Part shown: positions 29,616 through 38,315 of the stretch, piece by piece
Layout of the letters: every line of letters begins with the position of its first letter
Position numbering within the stretch: position 1 is the stretch's first letter
Source: an uncultured SAR86 cluster bacterium
GTDB lineage: Bacteria > Pseudomonadota > Gammaproteobacteria > Magnimaribacterales > D2472
DNA length: 64,000 nt
Assembly (NCBI GenBank): GCA_964276145.1
Contig: CAXYDN010000007.1
Coordinates: forward strand, 1,464-65,463
Direction: 5' to 3'
The notes under the pieces: model-generated
The model's input: the letters and a program-made list of their open reading frames with translations, nothing else
Databases searched by the model: none
What the model was told of the DNA's origin: nothing
Position numbers and translations under genes: made by a program

Positions 29616-30716
29616 ATGAAAGAACCTATATGTAAAATAGCTGATATTATTTATGTCAGGTTTGAGCTTAAGGAATTTGAGGCCCAAAAGAAATACTTAA
29701 ATCATTTTGGAATGATTCTCGCACATGAAGATGAAAATAGTATTTTTTTTAGAGGAACAGGTACATCACCTTATATATATGTAGCTACCAAAGGTAATGA
29801 AAATAAATACATAGGGTCAGCATATAAAGCTAATAATTATTCTGATTTGGAAGCCTTATCTAATGAATTTAATGTTGATATTGTCAAAAATAATGAGCCT
29901 GGTGGGGGGCATAAAGTTACTATTATTGATCCTGACGGTATTGAAGTTGAGGTTTGTCACGGAATGGTATCTGCAGAACCTGTTGCTATTGTTTCAAAAG
30001 TATTAAATACAGGTCAATCAAAGCAAAGAGAAAATGAATTACAGCGTTTTGGACGAGCATCTGATGAATGGCAGGTTCATGGTGATAAATGGGTGTATGA
30101 GTTAACTTCAAAAGTAAAAAGATTAGGGCATACCGCTATTAATTGTAAAGATCCACAAGCATCTGTAGATTGGTATGCAAACACTCTTGGTTTTTTAACA
30201 AGTAATAACTGTATTGGTCCTGACGGCAACTCAATGGGTGCTTTCATGAGATGTGATCAGGGAGATAAGCCTGTTGATCATCACACCCTAAATAATATGG
30301 GCTTGCCAGGTGATATGGATGTTGTTGCATATGGACATGCTGGTTATGAAGTAACTGATTCGGTGGATGACTTAATGGCTGGCCACTATCATATGAAAAC
30401 AGTTGATGAGTACTATCATGAATGGGGAATAGGAAGACATTTACTTGGTAGTCAGATGTATGATTATTGGCGCGACCCGCATGGGTTTACTCATGAACAT
30501 TGGACGGATGGAGATCTAATAGATGCTTCAGTTCCAACCGAAAATTCAGGATTCAGAGATTTAGCTATGGCTCAATATGGACCAGAAGTGCCAAATACAT
30601 TTGGTATAACTATGCCTGTTGATCAAATCGATAAAGCTAGAGCTGAAAACCCAACAATACCAGGAATGATTAAAGAAATGGAAATAGCTGCTAAAGCTTC
30701 TACTAGTGAGGAATAA
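29616..30716 (+). CDS. VOC-fold extradiol dioxygenase, trihydroxytoluene (THT) oxygenase-like
   Basis: Two VOC modules; RLGH, VDHH and HEWGIGRHLLGSQMYDYWRDP.G..HEHWTDGD typical of the THT-oxygenase C-domain. Confidence 0.8.
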   Translation: MKEPICKIADIIYVRFELKEFEAQKKYLNHFGMILAHEDENSIFFRGTGTSPYIYVATKGNENKYIGSAYKANNYSDLEALSNEFNVDIVKNNEPGGGHKVTIIDPDGIEVEVCHGMVSAEPVAIVSKVLNTGQSKQRENELQRFGRASDEWQVHGDKWVYELTSKVKRLGHTAINCKDPQASVDWYANTLGFLTSNNCIGPDGNSMGAFMRCDQGDKPVDHHTLNNMGLPGDMDVVAYGHAGYEVTDSVDDLMAGHYHMKTVDEYYHEWGIGRHLLGSQMYDYWRDPHGFTHEHWTDGDLIDASVPTENSGFRDLAMAQYGPEVPNTFGITMPVDQIDKARAENPTIPGMIKEMEIAAKASTSEE

Positions 30717-30718
30717 TA

Positions 30719-31381
30719 ATGATTGAATTAACTGATGATCAAAAAAAAGCAGTTGCTGCTGCACAAGAAACTTTTTCTACTTTAAAAAATAATACTGATT
30801 CATTAACTGAATCTCAATTAAACTTATTGTTTGGTGAAGCAAGAAGTATGAATGGTTGGCAAGATAAAGATGTCTCTGATGAATTAATTAGATCAATTTA
30901 TGAACTTACAAAAATGGGCCCAACTAGCACAAATTGCTGTCCTGCCCGATTTAAATTTATAAAAAGTGATGAACAAAAACTTAAACTCAAAGAATCTCTT
31001 TTACCTAATAATATAGATAAAGTTATGTCCGCTCCTGTTATTGCTATTATAGGATTTGATTTAGATTTTTCTGACAATATGGGCAAGCTGTTTCCTCATA
31101 TGGACGTTACTCCGATGTATAAGGGAAATGAAATAATGAATCATTCAACTGCTTTTAGAAACAGTAGTCTTCAAGGTGCTTATTTAATGATGGTATCAAG
31201 AGCTTTAGGTTTAGATTGTGGTCCTATGTCTGGATTTGATAATGCAATGGTTGATGAAATATTTTTTAACGGAACGAATATAAAATCAAACTTTCTTTGC
31301 TGTATTGGATATGGAGACCCATCTAAAATATTTATGAGGCTTCCACGCTTAGATTTTGAGGAGGTTTGTGAAATTATCTAG
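30719..31381 (+). CDS. rutE: RutE-like nitroreductase-fold flavoprotein (malonic semialdehyde reductase family)
   Basis: LFGEARS.NGW, GPTSTNCCPARF, RNSSLQGAY, GLDCGPMSGFD, RLPRL.FEE.C. Confidence 0.8.
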   Translation: MIELTDDQKKAVAAAQETFSTLKNNTDSLTESQLNLLFGEARSMNGWQDKDVSDELIRSIYELTKMGPTSTNCCPARFKFIKSDEQKLKLKESLLPNNIDKVMSAPVIAIIGFDLDFSDNMGKLFPHMDVTPMYKGNEIMNHSTAFRNSSLQGAYLMMVSRALGLDCGPMSGFDNAMVDEIFFNGTNIKSNFLCCIGYGDPSKIFMRLPRLDFEEVCEII

Positions 31382-32924
31382 CTTTGTAGCTTTTGTATGC
31401 AAATCTGCATGTTACAAAAAAAAGTATTAGTCCTATTAGTTGATATTTAAATGATTGAATTAAAACCCACATCATTATAAAGAAACCTGCAGTCTTTGAT
31501 ACAGGCTGATTAAGTTCATAATCTCTGTCCAACCAAGGTGAACCTATAACATCTCCACCTTCAGTATCGCCATGTAAGTAGGCATGCACAGGATCTATTA
31601 TTCCTATACTATTAAGCTCTTTAATATTCATTAAAGTATCTTTCATTTCATTAAAAATATTTATTTCAGTACTTGATAAGTCCTCTTTTTCATAAGGATC
31701 ATTGACTATATTAAAAAGCTTAAATTTACCTTCTACATCAAACATTACTGGTTTTTTATAATAAAGCTTCCAATCGTTATTAAAGAGTGCTCTCTCATCA
31801 AAAATAATCTTATTTCCAACAAATGCATTATCAGGGGGTGTGATTTTATTTGTTATTAAATTAGACCATCTATCGACTCCATCAATTAGTAAATCTTCGT
31901 CATAACCAATCTCTGTTGCTGTTAAGAGTGTTGGAAGTAAATCTTGTATAAAAATAAATTGATCAGTTTTTGATTTTTCAAGTACTCCTTTCCACCAGAT
32001 AGCTGCAGGTACTCTTATTCCACCATCAAGAGCTGAAGTTTTGCTTCCTCTAAGACCAGCAGTACTGCCTTTAGATTTTGTTAAACCAGGTGCAATTGTT
32101 TTAACTATTGGATTTATATCAAAAACAGGTCCATTATCACTTAAAAATATAATGATAGTTTCTTCAAGTATTCCTAACTCTTTTATTGAATTAATAATTC
32201 TACCAATTTCAATATCAAGTTTACTTATGTTTGCTGCATAGTTTCTATCTAATTCATCTTCTATATGTAAAAAATTGTTAACATCTTTTTCTGGTGCCTC
32301 AATTGGCGTATGAGGGGCATTGAATGCAACATAGAGAAAAAGAGGACGGTCATCATCTTTATTTTTAATTATATTAATTGCCTCATCAGCTATTAATTCT
32401 GTAGAGTATCCATCTTCACTTAATGAGACGCCATCTCTATGCCAGTCCATTCTATTGGTGTGAACATGATCATAATAGCCAATACCACCTAACATATGAC
32501 CATAACTAGAATCAAAACCTCTATTGGTTGGTAAATATTCTTCTTTATGCATGCCTAGATGCCACTTGCCAGATAATGCTGTCTGATAACCAGCTTCTTT
32601 AAAATATTCTGGCATTATTTTTAGATGTTCTGGTAGACCTGTTTGTTCTGCCGATGGGTTCATAAAGGGCCTAATAACTCCATGATTAAATATATGAAGT
32701 CCTGTTAATAATGACGCTCTAGTAGGACTACATGTCGGATTAGCATAAAACCTATTTAATTCAACACCACTAGAAACAAACTTATCAATATTTGGAGTTG
32801 GTATAAATCCACCATGATATGAAACATCTCCCCAGCCTAGATCATCAGTGAGGATTATTATTACATTGGGTTGACTATATATAGACAGAGTAAAAAATAA
32901 TAGTAAATAATTATAAAACTTCAT
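31374..32924 (-). CDS. Arylsulfatase (Cys-type, formylglycine-dependent) with signal peptide and C-terminal membrane anchor
   Basis: PNVIIILTDDLGWGD, CSPTRASLLTG, GKWHLG, FNAPH, SDNG; hydrophobic C-terminal tail followed by basic residues. Confidence 0.92.
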   Translation of the reverse strand: MKFYNYLLLFFTLSIYSQPNVIIILTDDLGWGDVSYHGGFIPTPNIDKFVSSGVELNRFYANPTCSPTRASLLTGLHIFNHGVIRPFMNPSAEQTGLPEHLKIMPEYFKEAGYQTALSGKWHLGMHKEEYLPTNRGFDSSYGHMLGGIGYYDHVHTNRMDWHRDGVSLSEDGYSTELIADEAINIIKNKDDDRPLFLYVAFNAPHTPIEAPEKDVNNFLHIEDELDRNYAANISKLDIEIGRIINSIKELGILEETIIIFLSDNGPVFDINPIVKTIAPGLTKSKGSTAGLRGSKTSALDGGIRVPAAIWWKGVLEKSKTDQFIFIQDLLPTLLTATEIGYDEDLLIDGVDRWSNLITNKITPPDNAFVGNKIIFDERALFNNDWKLYYKKPVMFDVEGKFKLFNIVNDPYEKEDLSSTEINIFNEMKDTLMNIKELNSIGIIDPVHAYLHGDTEGGDVIGSPWLDRDYELNQPVSKTAGFFIMMWVLIQSFKYQLIGLILFFVTCRFAYKSYKAR

Positions 32925-33522
32925 TTAAACCCGATTGTCTTGCTTTAAAGAAAAAATCCATGAATTTTTTCATTTCTTTTTCATTGATATCCAAAACTTC
33001 CATAATATATGGCTTCATTGATGCAAGGCCAAATTCTACAACCATAACTATTGCAATTGCGGCTTTCATCTCAGCTGTCGGTTTTTTTTCATTTTTTAAC
33101 TTAACTAACTGATCTAGGGTTTTTTTAGACATAGATAGATTTGAATCAACCTGCACTCTAACTAAGTCCATGCGGTTGTCTAGCACTGCTCTGATGATTG
33201 CTTTAAAGTAATTGTTTGTGATATCTCCTAGAGGCTCTCTAATTAAATTATCAACCGAAACATTTCTTCTTTGTAATTGCTCTATATGTTCAAAAGCAAG
33301 TAACTTATATGTAGCTGTAAGAAGTCCATCTTTACCACCAAAATAGTGGTGTATTTGAGCATGATTTACTCCTGCATGATCTGCTATATCTCTAATAGTT
33401 AATTGATTTGGTCCTATAGAACCAACAAGCACTGCAGCTGATTCAATTAATTTCTTCTCAACATTCTGTCTGGCTTTTGTTTTATTGCTTTTAATTGTTT
33501 TTAATTTAGATACTTTGTTCAT
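32911..33522 (-). CDS. TetR/AcrR family transcriptional regulator
   Basis: LTIRDIADHAGVNHAQIHHYFGGKDGLL helix-turn-helix. Confidence 0.92.
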   Translation of the reverse strand: MNKVSKLKTIKSNKTKARQNVEKKLIESAAVLVGSIGPNQLTIRDIADHAGVNHAQIHHYFGGKDGLLTATYKLLAFEHIEQLQRRNVSVDNLIREPLGDITNNYFKAIIRAVLDNRMDLVRVQVDSNLSMSKKTLDQLVKLKNEKKPTAEMKAAIAIVMVVEFGLASMKPYIMEVLDINEKEMKKFMDFFFKARQSGLNEVL

Positions 33523-35085
33523 GTTAGCTCACTTATTAATTTTTTATTTAATTCATCAACTTTTGTAATCATTGATTCATTATCACAACATCCATATACA
33601 TGCCTGTCTGGTCGTATTATAACTGCTGAAATTTTATTATCTCTTTTCCACTTTATAAAATTACTATCTTCATTAAATGGACTATCTTTATTTATTAAAT
33701 AAATATTATCTTCAAATATTTTTGAGCTTTCTAGAGCTTTAATATCATTAAGTAATTTTTCATTTTGATCAAACACTATTAATGCAAAGTTATAACCTAT
33801 GTATTGATCAAACGATTTATTATCTACTTTAAGATCTAAATTCGGTTGGGATATAACAATCCCATTTGCTTTGTTGGGATATAAGGACTTATCTATCAAC
33901 CCAGTAGTAATTTGCCAAGGATGATAAAAATCAAAAAAGCTTAATAATTTTGGAAAAATTCTAGCCACATTAAGCAATGTATCTCTAATCAAGGCTATAT
34001 ATTTATTCTGGGTTCCAATAACCCCGCCATGTTTAATAGCAGTTTCAGTAACTGATTTAACAATTGATATTCGCTCATCAGAATATGTTTCTAATACCCT
34101 GTCAGCATACTTACCTTCTAATCACTCCATCTAACTTCCAATGAAGGTTATAGACGTCCTTTATTCCTTGACACAAGCCTTGACCAAGAAAGGGGGGCAT
34201 TTGATGGGCTGAGTCTCCAACAAAAAAACAATTATTTGACTTAAAGGTTTCTGCCACAAGCCCATGAAAAGTATATTTACTAGCTCTAAGTATATTACCA
34301 GTATTGATATCAATATCAGGATTTAGTCGCCATGCATGTTTTTTCATCATTGAACGAATTGAGCTATGCTTTTCTATTTCATTAACATCGTCGCCTTCAT
34401 TAAATTTAAATTCCCATCTAACGTGTTGTCCTGCAATGTGTGCAAGCGTTGTAGGTCTATGATAATCACATATATGCATAGGACCTGCTAAAATTTTATA
34501 TTTTGGATCTATTTCATAATCCACAACAATCCAATCTTGATCACATTTATAATCAAAGGATTTTATATTAAGCTTTTGTCTTACAAAACTATTAGCACCA
34601 TCACATGCTAATACATAAGTTGATGAAATTTTCTCTTCTTCACCTGTGTCTACATTAGTTACAGTTAAATAATTATTATTAACTTCTGAGGATAATTCTG
34701 AAAGGGACTCACCTAATTTAAAAGTTATATTTTCATATTTTGACGCTCTAGATCTCAAATCTTTTTCAAGATTAGGTTGACTAAATCCAACAGTTTCATA
34801 GTATCCATTGGGTTGAGGATTGTTTGAAAAGTCAACATAAACGATCTCTTTACCTCTTTTATTTATAAATTTAAGTCCTTCGAATGAAGTTCTGGCGATA
34901 TCATTAATAATGCCCATTGACTGAAAAATTCTTTGAGTTTGCCCATCAAGAGCAACAGCTCGAGGTATATCCCATATATCTTTTTTAGGTTCAACAACAA
35001 CAACATTATGACCGCTAGCTCCAAACATGTTGGCAGCTACTGCTCCAACAGGCCCATAACCAATTATTGCTATATCGAAATGCAT
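33519..35085 (-). CDS. MhpA-like FAD-dependent phenolic monooxygenase; apparent +1 frameshift near 34122
   Basis: IIGYGPVG, PRAVALD, ACDGANS.VR, GDSAHQMPPFLGQGLCQGIKD..NL.WKL. Removing one base restores VLEGKYADRVLETYSDER, joining the C-terminal IRPDRHVYG domain. Confidence 0.85.
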
Positions 35086-35119
35086 TTAATATATATATAC
35101 ATAAATTTTATTGATTAAG

Positions 35120-35136
35120 TTTAGTCAAGTGGTTAG
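35120..35136 (-). promoter_or_regulatory. Third copy of the putative TetR operator, in the monooxygenase/mmsA divergent promoter
   Basis: Minus strand CTAACCACTTGACTAAA, 15/17 identical to CTAACCACTTGGATAAA at 28659. Confidence 0.65.
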
Positions 35137-35181
35137 GATAGTCAATATAAATATAACAAATTATACTGTTAGGAATTCAAT

Positions 35182-36669
35182 ATGTATCAAGTAACAAATT
35201 ATATAAATGGCAAGGAATGCTCTGAGTCTAACGAGTCAATAGCTATTATAAATCCATCATACGGGACTGATATAGGTGAAGTTCTATATGCTACCAAGGA
35301 TAGTGCTAATAATGCCATTGATGCAGCAGCCAAACGATTTAAAACTTGGTCTAAAACAGGTTTAAGTTATAGGGCTGAATTGATATTAAAATTAAGACAA
35401 GGAATTATTAATAGATCTGACGAAATTATTAATATTTGTGTAAGTGAGGCTGGTAAAACACGGCCTGATGCTGAGGCAGAATTAGACAGAGCTATTCAAG
35501 CACTTACTCATACTGCTGGTGTTCAACATTTTTATCCATCTATTATGAGTCCTAATGTTGCAGGAGGAATAGATATAACAGATGTTAGGTATCCAATTGG
35601 AGTTGTTGTTGGTTGTGGGCCATTTAATTTTCCAATATTAATACCTATACTTCATGCCTCTATGGCTATAGTAACTGGTAATACATTTATTGCTAAACCC
35701 AGTGAAAAGGTTCCATCAATTTCAAGATTGTATGCAGATATATTTAAAGAATCTGGTTTCCCAGATGGTTGTTATAACGTCTTAAATGGCGGCAAGGATA
35801 TTGTTGAGCAATTAGTTTGTCATGAAAAAGTAGCCGGTTTAGCGTTTATAGGAAGCACGCCTGTGGCAAAAAGTTTAAAAATTTTAGGAGTTGAGAATAA
35901 TACTAAAGTGCAAGCTCTTGGTGGAGGTAAAAATCATATGGTTGTCCTGCCAGATGCTGACCTTAATATGGCTGCTGATGCAGCTGTTTCTGCAAGCTTT
36001 GGAGCAGCTGGACAAAGATGTATGGCCGTTTCTGTTGTTGTTGCTGTGGGTGATATTGGTGATGAATTAGTAGATAAAATAAAAGAAAGAATGCCCAGTC
36101 TTATAATGGGTAAAACAGATAATCCTGATACGCAACTAGGCCCAGTTATATCTCAAGAAAATAAAGATCGTATATATGCGTTCATAGATTCAGCAGAACC
36201 TGACGGGGCAACTTTAGTTGTTGACGGAAGACCTTTGTCTGATAAGGAGGAGGGCTCTTTTGTTGGTGCTACTCTAATTGATCATGTAAAACCTGGGATG
36301 TCTGTTTACGAAAACGAGATATTTGGTCCTGTTTTATGTTTTGTAAGAGCTAAATCATATGAAGAAGCGATGGATATCACCGATGGTCATAAGCTTGGTA
36401 ATGGAGCTGCTTTATTTACTCGTGATGGCGGGGTTGCTCAAAAATGGGCTAACGAAGTCCAAGCTGGATCAGTTGGTATCAATGTTCCCATACCTCTTCC
36501 TACATACTCTCATAGTTTTGGTGGCTGGAAAGATAGTGGTTTTTCAGAAACCAAGGCATTTGGGAGCTCTTCAATAGAGTTTTATACAAAAACTAAATCA
36601 ATTACCTCAAGATGGCCTAATCCAGCTGATAGTAAAGTAGATTTAGGCTTTCCAAAAAATGATAATTAA
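35182..36669 (+). CDS. mmsA: CoA-acylating (methyl)malonate-semialdehyde dehydrogenase
   Basis: PFNFP, KPSEK, GGKNHMVVLPDAD, GAAGQRCMA, EIFGPVL, GINVPIP.P...SFGGWK.S. Confidence 0.88.
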   Translation: MYQVTNYINGKECSESNESIAIINPSYGTDIGEVLYATKDSANNAIDAAAKRFKTWSKTGLSYRAELILKLRQGIINRSDEIINICVSEAGKTRPDAEAELDRAIQALTHTAGVQHFYPSIMSPNVAGGIDITDVRYPIGVVVGCGPFNFPILIPILHASMAIVTGNTFIAKPSEKVPSISRLYADIFKESGFPDGCYNVLNGGKDIVEQLVCHEKVAGLAFIGSTPVAKSLKILGVENNTKVQALGGGKNHMVVLPDADLNMAADAAVSASFGAAGQRCMAVSVVVAVGDIGDELVDKIKERMPSLIMGKTDNPDTQLGPVISQENKDRIYAFIDSAEPDGATLVVDGRPLSDKEEGSFVGATLIDHVKPGMSVYENEIFGPVLCFVRAKSYEEAMDITDGHKLGNGAALFTRDGGVAQKWANEVQAGSVGINVPIPLPTYSHSFGGWKDSGFSETKAFGSSSIEFYTKTKSITSRWPNPADSKVDLGFPKNDN

Positions 36670-37917
36670 ATGGTAGATTTTTTTCTAAGAGTATCCACAT
36701 ATTTTATTTTTATATTCATTGATTCTTATATTTATTTAAGAATATTTTTAAGAGAAAAGTTTTTTTACAAACCGATAATAGAGCTTTCAAATTTTAGGAA
36801 GTATTTTGTTACTATTAACAATGAAGATCACTCAGTATGGGAAATTGGAAATAAAGATGCTGTTAAAGAAAAAACTCTAATATTAATTGGAGGAATACCT
36901 ACAGATCCGCTTAAGTCTATGTCCTGGATGGCAGATTGTCTAAATACAATCGATAATTCACTGAGAATAATAATATTTAATATGCCATATTATGAAGATC
37001 ATTTTAATATTGATGTTTCAAATTCATTAGCAATATCAAATGGAGAAAGTTTAACTAGCAAGAAAATAATAGATTTTTCTAAATTAAAAGTAGATCCGAA
37101 GTATAGTCATGTTAATCAGTCTAAAACTATAAAATTATTGATGAATGAAATGGGTATAGATGCGGCTCATTTAGTAGGACATGATAGGGGAGCTGTGATA
37201 CTTGAAAATCTTTGCATGATTAGCCCAGACAAAGTTTTATCTTATTCAAGAGGTTCTCAAGTTTGGAATTATTATGATCCACAATGGAGAAAACTAGCAC
37301 CAGAAGTACTTGTAGGTCCTCCTCATAGCATCATGTCTTCATATCATCAGTTAAGACTTCTTCTATTTGCTGTTATCTTTTTAAATAGACCCATACAACT
37401 TCTTTCTCAAGGTTTTGTTAGTAAGGCTAGAAAAGCTAAGAAGGGCACACATTTGTTTGATAGATATACCCATTTAAAACTTACATCTCAAGTTGCTTAT
37501 AAAAGCTACTTCAATAAGTTTAAACAGTCTTTGATGCAAGGTGGTTTGAGCTTCGAGGTTGAGAATAGAAATAAATTCAAAGATATAAATATACCTATTA
37601 TGCAATTCCAAGGTGAAGATGAATTTAAGGAAGCTCCAAATGGAGTTCTCATTTCAGATCAACCATATTTTGGTAAATATAATTTATATAAAAATGAGAT
37701 AGAGGATATTTATCCAGGCGCTATTCATCAATCCTCAGGAGTTGCTTGCCAAAGCCAGTTCATTACTGATAAAAATACCTATAAGATGATACAAACAAAA
37801 GTTGGATCAAAATTTAGCAGATTCTGCCTAATACCAGAATCTGCTCATTTTAATGTGATAGAAAATCCTAAATCATGCGCCAATGCAGTGTATGATTTTA
37901 TAATTAGTTTGAGATAA
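36670..37917 (+). CDS. Membrane-anchored alpha/beta hydrolase with Asp nucleophile (GHDRG; haloacetate dehalogenase/epoxide hydrolase-like)
   Basis: HLVGHDRGA elbow, QGEDE, C-terminal SAHFNVIENP; hydrophobic N-terminus. Confidence 0.7.
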   Translation: MVDFFLRVSTYFIFIFIDSYIYLRIFLREKFFYKPIIELSNFRKYFVTINNEDHSVWEIGNKDAVKEKTLILIGGIPTDPLKSMSWMADCLNTIDNSLRIIIFNMPYYEDHFNIDVSNSLAISNGESLTSKKIIDFSKLKVDPKYSHVNQSKTIKLLMNEMGIDAAHLVGHDRGAVILENLCMISPDKVLSYSRGSQVWNYYDPQWRKLAPEVLVGPPHSIMSSYHQLRLLLFAVIFLNRPIQLLSQGFVSKARKAKKGTHLFDRYTHLKLTSQVAYKSYFNKFKQSLMQGGLSFEVENRNKFKDINIPIMQFQGEDEFKEAPNGVLISDQPYFGKYNLYKNEIEDIYPGAIHQSSGVACQSQFITDKNTYKMIQTKVGSKFSRFCLIPESAHFNVIENPKSCANAVYDFIISLR

Positions 37918-37932
37918 ATAAGGAATATAAAT

Positions 37933-38247
37933 ATGAGTGACATAACAGTATATATGGTAGTAAATTTAAAGATTAACGATGCAGATGAATATAAAATATA
38001 TGAAAAGGGTTTTTTTACTTTTCTTAAAAAACATAATGGATCATTTATCACCTTTGACGACTCACCATTGTGTTTGGAGGGAAATGAACCCAGTCAATTT
38101 GATAGAGTCATACTATTTTCTTTTCCATCTGAAGATGATGCTGATAATTGGTGGGATGATACTGGGTATCAAGAACTATGTAAACATAGAAGAGCTGGTG
38201 CTGAAATAACGTTGCAAAGAGTTAAAGGAATGCTCCCAAGAAAATAG
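37933..38247 (+). CDS. DUF1330 family protein
   Basis: LEG....DRVILFSFPS...A..WW....YQ....HR. Confidence 0.85.
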   Translation: MSDITVYMVVNLKINDADEYKIYEKGFFTFLKKHNGSFITFDDSPLCLEGNEPSQFDRVILFSFPSEDDADNWWDDTGYQELCKHRRAGAEITLQRVKGMLPRK

Positions 38248-38315
38248 TATTTATCTGTAATTAGCTGTTTTAAATAATTTACATTTAGTCTAACCACAAT
38301 GATATATTTCTTCTT

